IMG/VR virus record: IMGVR_UViG_3300042934_000822
Span: 1-64,000 of that record
Length of the DNA: 64,000 nt
Direction: 5' to 3' (one strand)
From: a virus
Shown: one piece after another, positions 35,120-44,900 of the stretch
Layout: each line of letters begins with the position of its first letter
Position numbering within the stretch: the stretch's first letter is position 1
Translations under genes and position numbers: made by a program
The notes under the pieces: generated by a model
Database searches by the model: none
Told to the model about the DNA's origin: nothing
The model's input: the letters and a program-made list of their open reading frames with translations, nothing else

Positions 35120-36111
35120 TCGGCAGCCGCATAGGGCTCGCCAAACGAGTCGTAACCGGCCTCATCCAGGGCAGTGACACCTGTTGGCGTGATCAAGTAC
35201 AGCCCTGACTCAACCTCGACCATTCCCAGCGCCAGCAGCTCGGCCAGTGCGTTCTGGTCATCGATGGCGTCAGCTTCGGCCGCCGATACCGCTGCGATCA
35301 CCACCAGCTGCGCCAGGCCTGCATCACTGATCTCTGTAGGGGCGCTGTCCAGCATGCCGAGGGCCAGGCGGTAGGCCTCGGCGCTATGCTGCTGCAGCGC
35401 GGCCAGTGGCAAGTCGCCAGACTCGAGGCTCACCCGGTGATCAGCCTCCGTAGCACTCAGGGCTGCGCGCAAGACGCTCCCTGCGCCCTCTGTCGCCGCG
35501 CTGTCGAGCATTTCAGGCTTTTCCGCCACCAGGTCTCGGGCTTCGATGTAAGTCGTCGCCAGCGGCTTCACAGCGGCCTGCAGGTGAACCTGCTGAGGCG
35601 ACGGCGCGCCGATGCTGTCGGTCATGACACCCAGCTGCTGCTGTAGATCAGCGACAGTTGCCTTGCGCTCGGCAATTTGCGCATCGAGCGCACTGACGCG
35701 CTCCTGCAGGGCCTGGGCCATCTTGGGCTTTGGCGTGCTCAGGCCAGGCGGAAGCGCCACCTTGACCCGGGCCTGAGCCTTCTGGAAGGCCGCCTGGTTG
35801 CTCTCTGCGGCCCTGGCCAACTCTGCAACTGCCTTGGCCATGTCGTCGTGATTCTTGATCGGCACGACGGACTTGTTCAGCACAGCCTGGAAAATGTCGC
35901 CGGTGGCGATAACGCGCAGTGTGATCAGCTGCCCGCTGGCCAGCGTCAGGGTCGCCTCACGGTAGGTGACGCTGTTGCTGCGCTTGGGCTTGTCCATGAA
36001 CTCGGTGGCCACTACCGGTTGCCCGGCGCGGATCATCCACTGCTTGATCTTTTTCAGCGCGCCCTCGGCGGCCGATGCGCTGGAGAAGTCCAGCGGGTTC
36101 GCTACTGGCAT
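35116..36111 (-). CDS. Hdf / DarA N-terminal-domain protein
   Basis: KPKRSNSVTYRE..L.LASGQ.ITLRV...GDIFQAVLNKSVVPIKN motif plus coiled coil. Confidence 0.75.
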   Translation of the reverse strand: MPVANPLDFSSASAAEGALKKIKQWMIRAGQPVVATEFMDKPKRSNSVTYREATLTLASGQLITLRVIATGDIFQAVLNKSVVPIKNHDDMAKAVAELARAAESNQAAFQKAQARVKVALPPGLSTPKPKMAQALQERVSALDAQIAERKATVADLQQQLGVMTDSIGAPSPQQVHLQAAVKPLATTYIEARDLVAEKPEMLDSAATEGAGSVLRAALSATEADHRVSLESGDLPLAALQQHSAEAYRLALGMLDSAPTEISDAGLAQLVVIAAVSAAEADAIDDQNALAELLALGMVEVESGLYLITPTGVTALDEAGYDSFGEPYAAAD

Positions 36112-36141
36112 AGATTGCCCCCATTCTCGGTTTATGAGGCC

Positions 36142-36184
36142 ATTGTGCGCGCCTGCAGGACGGGCATTAGGCAGCATGTTTGCG
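36142..36184 (-). promoter_or_regulatory. Late promoter CGCAAA-N31-CACAAT
   Basis: Conserved motif, spacing one base longer. Confidence 0.6.
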
Positions 36185-36244
36185 GGGGAGCAGCCGAAAA
36201 AAAGCCCCAGCTTTTGCTGAGGCCCTGATAGAGAGCACGAATTG

Positions 36245-36511
36245 TTACTTCTCCTCACCTTTGTCTGGAGCCGCGAGTCGTTTGTAGCTCTCGAGCACTT
36301 TGGCGCACTTCGGCGAGCCTTTACGCGTGCCCTCAGAGATCGCATCTGCGAGTTGTTCCATAGTCTGTTGGGTGCCCACGGCTTGACCAACGGCCAAGCC
36401 CTTGATGAAGCCAGAGGCTTCTCCCATTTCGAATCCAGCCTCAAATGCGACACGCGCGGCCGCATCTACAGTGTGTTTGACGTATTTGTCGTACAAATCT
36501 TCTTGTGCCAT
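36245..36511 (-). CDS. Hypothetical protein
   Basis: ATG 36511, 88 aa, followed by a terminator-like hairpin. Confidence 0.5.
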   Translation of the reverse strand: MAQEDLYDKYVKHTVDAAARVAFEAGFEMGEASGFIKGLAVGQAVGTQQTMEQLADAISEGTRKGSPKCAKVLESYKRLAAPDKGEEK

Positions 36512-36751
36512 GGTGAAAATCCCAATTTGCTCCTCGCCCCCTTGGCGAGGTAAGCAACGTGAGGTTACCCGTGTCTCGAACTGCCCACCAGCAGTGGTCG
36601 ATAAGGTACCAGACCACATGACGACTGGCGTTCCCATGGCCAGATCGCCAGCGCCACTGCCTCGATCGAGACACCGACCGCCTATGCCAGCTGGTTGGCA
36701 ACGAAGACACCCGATGTGAAAAATCTTGCGGGTTACCGAATCAATGTAATA

Positions 36752-36767
36752 CTGTAAAAATATACAG
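36752..36767. promoter_or_regulatory. LexA (SOS) box
   Basis: CTGTaaaaatatACAG upstream of umuD. Confidence 0.85.
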
Positions 36768-36832
36768 TAAAAATACCGATCCACCAGACGCCGCCCTAGA
36801 GCGGTTTTGACCGGCTACTTGCGGTGACACCC

Positions 36833-37264
36833 ATGTCCTACACCATCCTCGGCCCCATCGGGCCTTCTACCGTATCCCTCCCGCTGTTTGCCTGCCGCGT
36901 TCCTGCCGGCTTTCCATCCCCTGCAGCAGATCACCTGGAAAATCACATCTCCTTGGACGAGCTGTTCGACATTCGAGCACCGCACGTCTACCTGGTGAAG
37001 ATTGAAGGCGACAGCATGAGCGGCGCCGGCCTCTTTACCGGTGACCTGGTGATTGTGGATCGAAGTCGCGAGGCCCGGCATGGCGATATCGTGATCGCAG
37101 CCCTGAACGGAGAGCCGGTGTGCAAGCGGCTGCACCACAAGGGCAGTCAGCTGATCCTGCTGTCGGAAAACCCGGGCTACCCCGCGCGATACATCCTGGA
37201 AAGCGATGAAATGACCATCTGGGGCGTTGTCCGCTACAGCGTGCGCGACCATGCCTACGCCTAA
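36833..37264 (+). CDS. umuD: DNA polymerase V subunit UmuD/RulA
   Basis: VPAGFPSPAAD, GDSM (Ser), CKRL (Lys) S24 peptidase motifs. Confidence 0.93.
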   Translation: MSYTILGPIGPSTVSLPLFACRVPAGFPSPAADHLENHISLDELFDIRAPHVYLVKIEGDSMSGAGLFTGDLVIVDRSREARHGDIVIAALNGEPVCKRLHHKGSQLILLSENPGYPARYILESDEMTIWGVVRYSVRDHAYA

Positions 37265-38531
37265 ACCTACGTTTGCCCTGGTGGACTGCAATTCGTTCTA
37301 TGCGTCCTGTGAGAGGGTCTTTCGGCCTGATCTGGCCAGGACGCCGATAGTTGTCCTGTCGAACAACGATGGCTGTGTGATTGCCCGCAGCTACGACGCC
37401 AAGCCATTCGTGAAAATGGGTGCGCCCTACTTTCAGATCAAAGACACGCTGCGCAGACATGGCATCGTGGCGTTCAGCAGCAACTATGCCTTGTACGGGC
37501 AAATGTCAGAACGCGTGATGACCTTGATCGAGAGCATGGTGGCTGGCTCTGAGGTCTACAGCATCGACGAAATTTTCTGCGATCTGACCGGCCAGCCCGG
37601 CGACCTCACAGAGCTGGGGCGCTCGATCCGCGAGCGCGTCTTGAAAGCGACGGGCATTCCAGTTGGCGTGGGCATTGCCCATACCAAGACCCTGGCCAAG
37701 CTGGCCAACCACACAGCCAAGCGCCTGCAGCAGCACACAGGCGGCGTGGTCGATATCTGCGACTCCTTCAAACGTGATTGGGTGCTGCGCAACACTGCAG
37801 TGTCCGAGGTGTGGGGGGTTGGGCGCCGTCTGACGACTCATCTGCAGGCGATGGGTATCCGATCGGCCATGGACCTGGCCAAGGCCAACCCTGTCACCCT
37901 GCGCGCCAAATTCAGCGTCGTCCTGGAACGCACGGCTCGCGAGCTGGCAGGAGTGCCGTGCCTTGGCCTGGAAGATCCCGACCCTCCCAAGCAAGAGATT
38001 TGCTGCAGCCGCATGTTCGGCAAGCGACTCACCGAGCTATCCCCCATCAAGGAAGCGGTGGCCACCTACACAGCGCGTGCCGCTGAAAAGCTGCGTGCTC
38101 AGGGTTCCATGTGCAAGAAGATGCGGGTCAGCGTGCGCACTGGCATGTTCAACCCCGACGAGGCCCGGTATGCAAATGGTGTCCTGGTGGAATTGCCTTA
38201 CCCCACCAACGACACACTGTTGCTGACCAATGCAGCCACGCAAGCCGTAGAGAGCATTTATCGAGAGGGCTACCGCTACAGCAAGGCCGAGATACTGCTA
38301 CTCGACCTGAGGCAGCCAGGCGAGTACACAGGTGATCTGTTTGCCGTGACTCAACCGAAGAGATCCCAGGATCTGATGAACACGCTGGACAGCATCAATG
38401 CTCGGTGGGGGCGTGGTACGGTGAGGACCGCGGCCGCCCCCATCGAACCGGACTGGGGCATGCGTCGGGAGTTCATGAGCCAGAGCTACACCACGCGCAT
38501 CGATCAGCTGTGGACGGTCAGTGCGCACTAG
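37251..38531 (+). CDS. umuC: DNA polymerase V subunit UmuC/RulB
   Basis: LVDCNSFYASCE, SNNDGCVIARS, YSIDE, W.MRRE..S..YTT. Confidence 0.96.
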   Translation: MPTPKPTFALVDCNSFYASCERVFRPDLARTPIVVLSNNDGCVIARSYDAKPFVKMGAPYFQIKDTLRRHGIVAFSSNYALYGQMSERVMTLIESMVAGSEVYSIDEIFCDLTGQPGDLTELGRSIRERVLKATGIPVGVGIAHTKTLAKLANHTAKRLQQHTGGVVDICDSFKRDWVLRNTAVSEVWGVGRRLTTHLQAMGIRSAMDLAKANPVTLRAKFSVVLERTARELAGVPCLGLEDPDPPKQEICCSRMFGKRLTELSPIKEAVATYTARAAEKLRAQGSMCKKMRVSVRTGMFNPDEARYANGVLVELPYPTNDTLLLTNAATQAVESIYREGYRYSKAEILLLDLRQPGEYTGDLFAVTQPKRSQDLMNTLDSINARWGRGTVRTAAAPIEPDWGMRREFMSQSYTTRIDQLWTVSAH

Positions 38532-38559
38532 CTCAACCCCACCCGCAGAGCGTGGTCCA

Positions 38560-38823
38560 TCAGCCCACGAGGACATTCGGCGAACCCGTAGCCTGGTGGG
38601 TGCAGTTGGCCAGGTCGCCAGCACGGCAGACTGGCTTGCCCTGGGCGAACACCGTGGCGCTGCCGGTGACCATCGCAGGGCCGGCGTGGGCGCCCACACC
38701 GTGCCCTGCAACGTCTGCCCCTACCACTGCGATCGGGGCACCGTTGACCAACACGGTGGGCGCCAGGTTGCCGGTGATGACGCCCCCGGCGTTGTCGATT
38801 CCTACTCGAGCTGCTCCAGGCAT
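38560..38823 (-). CDS. PAAR-domain spike tip protein
   Basis: PGAARVG, VLVNGAPIA, KPVCRAGD..CTH..TGS.NV. Confidence 0.9.
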   Translation of the reverse strand: MPGAARVGIDNAGGVITGNLAPTVLVNGAPIAVVGADVAGHGVGAHAGPAMVTGSATVFAQGKPVCRAGDLANCTHQATGSPNVLVG

Positions 38824-38832
38824 GTCTTTCTC

Positions 38833-39276
38833 CTACTGGTTGAGTTTGATGATGCTGGCCAGCAAGGCGATCTGCGAGCCGGTGATCTCGAGCTTCGAGC
38901 CCCCGACCTGCAGGAGGATCTTGGTACCCGCCTTGAGAACGATGGTCTTGCCGGCGTTCAGGTTGAGCGCTTCGTCGGCGTTCTGCTCGATGTTGTCATG
39001 GGCCCACCGGCGCCATCCCACCCCATTGCCGACATGGGCATTACGGTATCCCATGATGATGGGATAGCGCGGGTCGCCGTTGTGAAAGCTGATGTTGACC
39101 GGTAGCCCTTCAACGATGCGGATCTCGGTGTTCTTGGCATCGTCGCCGATCGGATAGTTGATCTCGGCCAGCGGCCAGATGCTGGCGCCGTCGGTGAGCG
39201 GCGGTATTTCTACGCGGACTTCGCGTCGAGCGCGGTCTACCGAGCGCACGAAGCCTGGATACACGTCACTTGGCAT
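38833..39276 (-). CDS. Baseplate spike protein (gpV/gp5-like)
   Basis: OB-fold N-terminus (VRVEIP...F.NGDPRYPII.G) plus short beta-helix. Confidence 0.8.
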   Translation of the reverse strand: MPSDVYPGFVRSVDRARREVRVEIPPLTDGASIWPLAEINYPIGDDAKNTEIRIVEGLPVNISFHNGDPRYPIIMGYRNAHVGNGVGWRRWAHDNIEQNADEALNLNAGKTIVLKAGTKILLQVGGSKLEITGSQIALLASIIKLNQ

Positions 39277-40165
39277 CGATGAGCTTCCCCATCCAGAGAC
39301 GGCTGCGGTCCTCCACAGCCCCTTCGTTATTTTCCATGCAATGGGCAGCGGTCAGGACGACCAGGTTTTCGCCTGCCACGCGCAGGACGTCGCCGGCGAC
39401 AACCTGCTGGCAGATCATGCTGTCGAGGATCTTGGTGCGCACCAGGACGCTGCTGGCATTGCGCAGCTGGCGCAGGTCCATCCCGGGCTGGAACTGCAGG
39501 CGACGTCCCTGGTTCATGGCCCCCTTGACGATATCGGCCTTGTCGTCGGTCGAAAAGAACGAGGGCACCTGCTGGAACTGGTGGAACTCGCTGCTGACCA
39601 TAGCGCTGCTGTCGACCTGGCCGATGTTGTCGCGCGGCGCCTGCGCCATCAGGTCGACCAGGCGCATGACGCTGATCTGCCCATTGCGCAGTACCAGGGC
39701 CGCGCCTTCCTCCTGCAGCACCTGCACCAGGTGCACGCTGGGCTCAAACCCACGGAAGCAGGTGAATCGCGGCACCACAAAGTCGTTGCCGATCGTGGCA
39801 TAGGCGCCGCATGCTCTGTACGCAGCGCCGAAGGTCTCCCCCTCCTGCACGACTGCAGTTTGACGCGGCTTGGCCACGCCGGCGCAGTTGTGCAGCAGGC
39901 CGATCACTTTCATGGACTGCTGCTGGTTCTTGCCCTGGACCTGGCCAAGAGGCGCGCCCCGGTCGGTATGAACGATCTCGTACTGCAGATTCTCGCGTCC
40001 GGACCAGAACGAATTGCCCTCTACCAGGCGTTCTTCCACTCCGTCGATCAGCTTGCAGGTGAACTCGACCGTGCGGGGCACCGGCGCCAGATCAGAACGG
40101 AGGGTCCAGTTGAGCACCACGTCGGTAGGCAACTGGTCTCCGTTTTCTTTGAGCAGAATGTTCAC
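39266..40165 (-). CDS. Baseplate hub protein
   Basis: GTG start coupled to the upstream stop; LRSDLAPVPRTVE; precedes the spike. Confidence 0.65.
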   Translation of the reverse strand: MNILLKENGDQLPTDVVLNWTLRSDLAPVPRTVEFTCKLIDGVEERLVEGNSFWSGRENLQYEIVHTDRGAPLGQVQGKNQQQSMKVIGLLHNCAGVAKPRQTAVVQEGETFGAAYRACGAYATIGNDFVVPRFTCFRGFEPSVHLVQVLQEEGAALVLRNGQISVMRLVDLMAQAPRDNIGQVDSSAMVSSEFHQFQQVPSFFSTDDKADIVKGAMNQGRRLQFQPGMDLRQLRNASSVLVRTKILDSMICQQVVAGDVLRVAGENLVVLTAAHCMENNEGAVEDRSRLWMGKLIDAK

Positions 40166-40938
40166 CTGGTGGCGCTCCAGGTCACGCCCTCGGCCGTGCC
40201 GACGGTACGCAGGTGCGCCACGGTGTCGTCGCTCTGGATCTCTTTCACCGAGGGGTAACCCGGCGGCGTGCAGTTGCTGCCGTCGTTGGGCTCGCCTTCC
40301 TGGGGCGCATCGAAGAACGGAATCACGCATTTGAGCGTCAGGTCGGCCGCCAGGATCTTGAGGTTCTTGGCGTCGTGCGGCGGCGCCACGTTCATCCAGT
40401 CGATGCGGTTGGTCTCCAGCGTGACGGGCATGGGCACGCTGTACTGGCCAAACTTATAAGGGGCATCGAATCGCCGGTTCTTCGGCTCCTGGATGAACGA
40501 AGAAAGCTGGGCGGCCAGGCTCTGTGCCGACCCGCCCTCACTCGCGAAGATCACCACCTGGACCCGGCGGTCCTGCATCACGTCCTTGTAGCCATACCAG
40601 GAACCACCCTCCACGATCTGCACCAGGCGCCGGCTGGAATGCTGGCCACCCCAGTCGGCGCCGGTGCCCAGGAAGTTGTCATCCATGGCCATCAAGACCA
40701 CCGGAAGCGTTCCTTCGCCATTGGACGATTGGCGATACAGCGCCAGCATTTCCTCGGCCGCGTCGATCATGCGTGCAGGCGCCCACTGAAGGGCCTCCCT
40801 GGTGGGCTTTTTCAGGAAGCGCTGCACAGCCGCGGTATCGGCGTATTCGGCATAGATCCCCTTGCGCCAGCTTGCAAGGTAACGGCCAAACCCGACTCTG
40901 GTCTGGTCGAAGCTGCCGTTCTTGTTGGTGGTGGTCAT
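40162..40938 (-). CDS. Tail completion/terminator-like protein
   Basis: Tail operon context; LPVVLMA...VQVVIF..LTL pattern. Confidence 0.5.
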   Translation of the reverse strand: MTTTNKNGSFDQTRVGFGRYLASWRKGIYAEYADTAAVQRFLKKPTREALQWAPARMIDAAEEMLALYRQSSNGEGTLPVVLMAMDDNFLGTGADWGGQHSSRRLVQIVEGGSWYGYKDVMQDRRVQVVIFASEGGSAQSLAAQLSSFIQEPKNRRFDAPYKFGQYSVPMPVTLETNRIDWMNVAPPHDAKNLKILAADLTLKCVIPFFDAPQEGEPNDGSNCTPPGYPSVKEIQSDDTVAHLRTVGTAEGVTWSATR

Positions 40939-40985
40939 ACAGTCCTCTGCAGCGCCAGCAGCAGCTGGCGCCGGTGTAGTTGGGG

Positions 40986-41903
40986 TCAGGCCTGCTTGGT
41001 GGCGTCTTCGGCTTCTGGGGCTGCGTCCGTGGCCACAATGCCCTCCTGGGCAGCCTCAGGCGCTGGCGCCGGCTCAGCGCCAGTTGAACCCTCGCCTTGC
41101 GCAGTCTCTGTCTCGAAAGCCACAGCTGGATCGATATCGTAAGGGTCTTGGTGCTGGGCAACCTGATCGCCTTTGCTCGCTCCGGCTGCATCGATCTCAT
41201 CGAAGCCTTGGCTTTCCAGCCAGGCGTCTGCACCTTCACCGGCTGGGCAGGTCGGCCAATCAGCGGTTTCAGGGACGCTCTGGCTGGCATCCAACCGGCC
41301 CAGGAGTACGAGGTAGACCTTCCATGCCTTGACCTCGGCGACTTCCTCGGGCGTGGCCATGTCCAGCTCCACGGCATAGTTCAGCCGTGTGATCGTGTCG
41401 GTGGCCAGCTGGTTGAGCAGCCGTTTCTTGAGCGTGGCATTGGCCTGCAGGGCGCGGGTCTTTGCTGCTTCATCCTCTACCCACTCGTCCCCACTCCACT
41501 GGTCGTACTGGCCGGGCTCTTGGAGCGTGTGCGTGGCCGGAATCGCGCCCAGGACCTCCCAAACCTGTGCTTCACCGGTTTCGACGCTGTACACGGTCTT
41601 GCCGCGATGATCCTCGACCTCCTCCCAGCCCTTGCCGTCGTCGGCCAGCCTCATCACATGGCCAAGCCGGGCTGAGGCCTCTGGCTTACCCAGTACAGCA
41701 CAGGCCGGAACGAGCCACACGCCAGGCTCCAAAGGGCTGGGGTTCGCACGGTCTGCGCGTCGATACTCGCGTGTATAGGGCGAGTAGCTGCTCACGAAAG
41801 GCGCCTCCACTCCCTCTTCTTTCCACCACTCTGCAGGGCCAGAAAGTGACGACTCGTCGATCAGCATTGCGTCGTCCTGGGTCATTTCAATGTCTTGGGT
41901 CAT
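40986..41903 (-). CDS. Tail fibre assembly chaperone (Tfa family)
   Basis: WEEVEDHRGKTVYS, WKVYLVLL.RLD, WP.CP. Confidence 0.85.
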   Translation of the reverse strand: MTQDIEMTQDDAMLIDESSLSGPAEWWKEEGVEAPFVSSYSPYTREYRRADRANPSPLEPGVWLVPACAVLGKPEASARLGHVMRLADDGKGWEEVEDHRGKTVYSVETGEAQVWEVLGAIPATHTLQEPGQYDQWSGDEWVEDEAAKTRALQANATLKKRLLNQLATDTITRLNYAVELDMATPEEVAEVKAWKVYLVLLGRLDASQSVPETADWPTCPAGEGADAWLESQGFDEIDAAGASKGDQVAQHQDPYDIDPAVAFETETAQGEGSTGAEPAPAPEAAQEGIVATDAAPEAEDATKQA

Positions 41904-41917
41904 GGGTAAATGCTCAA

Positions 41918-44900
41918 TCAGTACTTGATACAAGGGAGAAACGCGACGTTGTGTGGTCGGCCATCCGCCTCACCAGAGGGGTAAACGGTAATGACGTGGT
42001 TGTGCGCACCAGAGGCGGAGGAAGTCCACGACTGATAGCCATCACCTACTTCATCGCCCATGACCGCGTTACCACCCGATGCCACACGGCCGGATTCGAT
42101 ACGTTCGCGAATAAGCGTTGTGGTGTGCGTGTGCGAACCATTAACTGCGGCGGTCGACCTGTGGGTGTGCTCGACGTTGGCGCTTTCCTGGGTCGAACCG
42201 AACACACGGTCGACGTCGAGTCCGCGCCCATCATCGAAGCCTCGGTCGAAACTGCCTCGAGAGTCCGGCAGGTTGAAGGTGGTCGAGCCATCCCCCGCGC
42301 CGAATCTCGTCCCGATCTTCTCGAACAGTGGCTTGTAGGCCGTTCGCGAGACAGCCGAACCATCACGCACCAGATACCCTGCCGGCGGCGTAGGAGTAGC
42401 GAAATGCGTGACCTCACCAACGCGATCGCCCAGCTGGCTTACACTGACAACCTCCTCGAGCTTGCCGCGATCAATGACCCAGTAATTGGTGCCGCTGCTG
42501 GCGATCTCCACCCACTCGTTGTACTGCAGGTTGAGAGTGCTGCCGGCAACCCCTGTTTCCTGTTGAATCGTGCCGCCTGAGTGGGTGATCTTCACCACGC
42601 CCGACGACTGATTGCGGAAGGTGAAGACCAGGCCGTTCCCGATCGAACCGCTCGAAGGCAGTGTTGCCGTCGACCCTACCCCCGTCATGTTGATCCAGCG
42701 ACCGGTATCGTTGGCAGAGACCGAGTAGTTGCCGCTCGCCCCGATGCCGACCCCTGTGAAACGGCGGGTGTTGTAGTCGATCTCGCTTTGAACCCATCCG
42801 CTACTCGGCACCCGTGTCGAGCTATCACGCGCAGGTGGCGCGGCGACGTTAGCCCCTTCCGAGAACGAAAGCATGCCAGATACCAAGCTCACCGATAGCG
42901 GCCGCTTTGCGCTCCAAGCACCAAACGCATCGCCCAGGGCAGTGAGCAACAGATACAGCGTGGCGCCATCGTTGCGCCAGATCGTGCCGTACTTCTTGTT
43001 CGTGTCGACCAACCGCAGACCATCCGTCGACGAGACGATCAGTTCCCCGTTGACCTGGGCATACGGGAAGTTGTTGGCGCCAAAGTTGAGGTTGGTACCG
43101 TCGTTGACGATATCGGCCTGGTAGCCCTGCTCGATGTACTGCCCCACCCCACCGGAATTCTTGAGGCGCAGCGTGTAGTTGCCGCTTGTGCGGTTGAAAA
43201 CAGTCCACCGGTTCTGGCCCGTGGGCACAATGACGTCAATGTTGCCGGTCAAGGCGCCGGTGAACCATAAGACGCCGACATTCGCTTCGGCCTCGCTGAG
43301 GGTCACGGTCTTGTTGCCGGCGACGTTCTTGGTCGTGATGCCGTTGACGAAGGTGCCCACGCCCAGAGTCTGCAGCGCTGCAGCCTGGCTGTTGTCGTCC
43401 AGCAACGTCTGGGCGAACGAACTGACGCTGATCTCCGAAAAGATCTCCTTGAAGATGATCGGGTTGGCGCCAATCGACTGGTAGCCGATCCACATCCGGC
43501 CAGAGCCATAGTCCGAGAAGATGCCGGTATAGCCGTCCTGCGCGTCACGTCGGCCCAGAATCTGCCACATGCCATAGGAGGGCGAGGTACCGGCCACGCT
43601 GACCGGGATCGTTACGCCATTGGCCTTCGTGCCGTTGAGATCGATGAATCCGCTCCAGCCCGCTGGCTTGGACCAGTCCGATTCGCTCGTGAAAGCGACC
43701 TTCTGAGGGCGCAGAATGCCCAGGCCATAGTCACCGACCTTGAGCATCCGACCAGGCGTCGAGTCCAAATCGCCGTTGGTCTTGACCAGCGTGTCCGTGT
43801 CCCAGCACATGGACCACGGGGACCACTCACTGTTGTAGCGGGCCCGGTTCCACATCCGGCCATTGCTGAACTCCTGATACATCTGGGTCGTGATCCCGCT
43901 GGCGCCGTTCTGGACGAACAGCGTGCCGGCCTTGGCCAACGGGTAGTTGAGGTCCAAGCTGGCGTAGGCATTCAGCGCCTGTCCAAAAGAGCCCGAGGTG
44001 ACGTAGTTGTTGAGGTTGCTGCCCGAGGGGATGGCATTGGCTGACCCCTTGATGCCCATGCCGACAGCCGTCAGCGCATCGACCACTTCGTCGGAGGTAG
44101 CCGACCTTTTCCACGGCTTCCAGCTGCTCGAGGCGCGGCCGCGGTACCAGGTGGCGTTGCCGTCGCGATCCATCAGGTATTGGCCCTGGGAAGCACCGTC
44201 CAAGACCACATGGATGATGATCGGACTGTACATATCGCAGGTGGTGGCGCCGCTTGGCCAGGTACCTGGGGTCTTGCCACGCACGCCCATGTAGAAGCCC
44301 GAGGCAGGAATGTCGTCGACGCTGCGCCCTTCAAGCGAAATGGCGCCAGCACCCAGGCCGAAGTCCCCTACCTTGAGCATGCGGCCGGCGGTCGTATCGT
44401 CGCGCGACGCAGTCTTCTCGAGGTTACCGCTGTGCCAGGACTCAACCCAGTCGCTCCAGCCGCTCGTCGACAGCGAACGGGTGAACACGCGCCCCCCGGA
44501 CGTGGTGAAGAAGGTCTGAGCAGCCCCTGTGGCGTCGACGTTGGCGTGCACCAGCAGGCCGAAGGCCTTCACCGGCGTGTTCGCGGCTGTGCCCTGCAGG
44601 TAGTAGAAGCCGCTGGTGCTGATGGTGTTGGCGTTTCCAGATGGCTGGGCATTGCCGCCCAGGCCGAAGTCGCCCACCTGCAGCATGCGCCCTGGGGTGC
44701 TGTCGGTCCTGCTATCGGTCTTGATGAGCGTCGCCGAGTCCCAACTGAATGCCCAGGTGCTCCAGCTGCTGTTGTAACGCGCGCGGCTCCAGATCCGGCT
44801 GGTGTTGTACTCCTGGTAGATCTGCGTGGTGATGGCGCCACCACCGGTCTGGACAAAGAGGGTGCCTGCCTTGAGCACGGGGTAGTTCAGGTCGAACGAG

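Noticed and set aside
38560-40938. PAAR, spike and sheath genes as a T6SS, tailocin or eCIS
   Set aside because: Capsid, portal, protease and terminase are present and no T6SS membrane complex is seen; this is a myophage tail.
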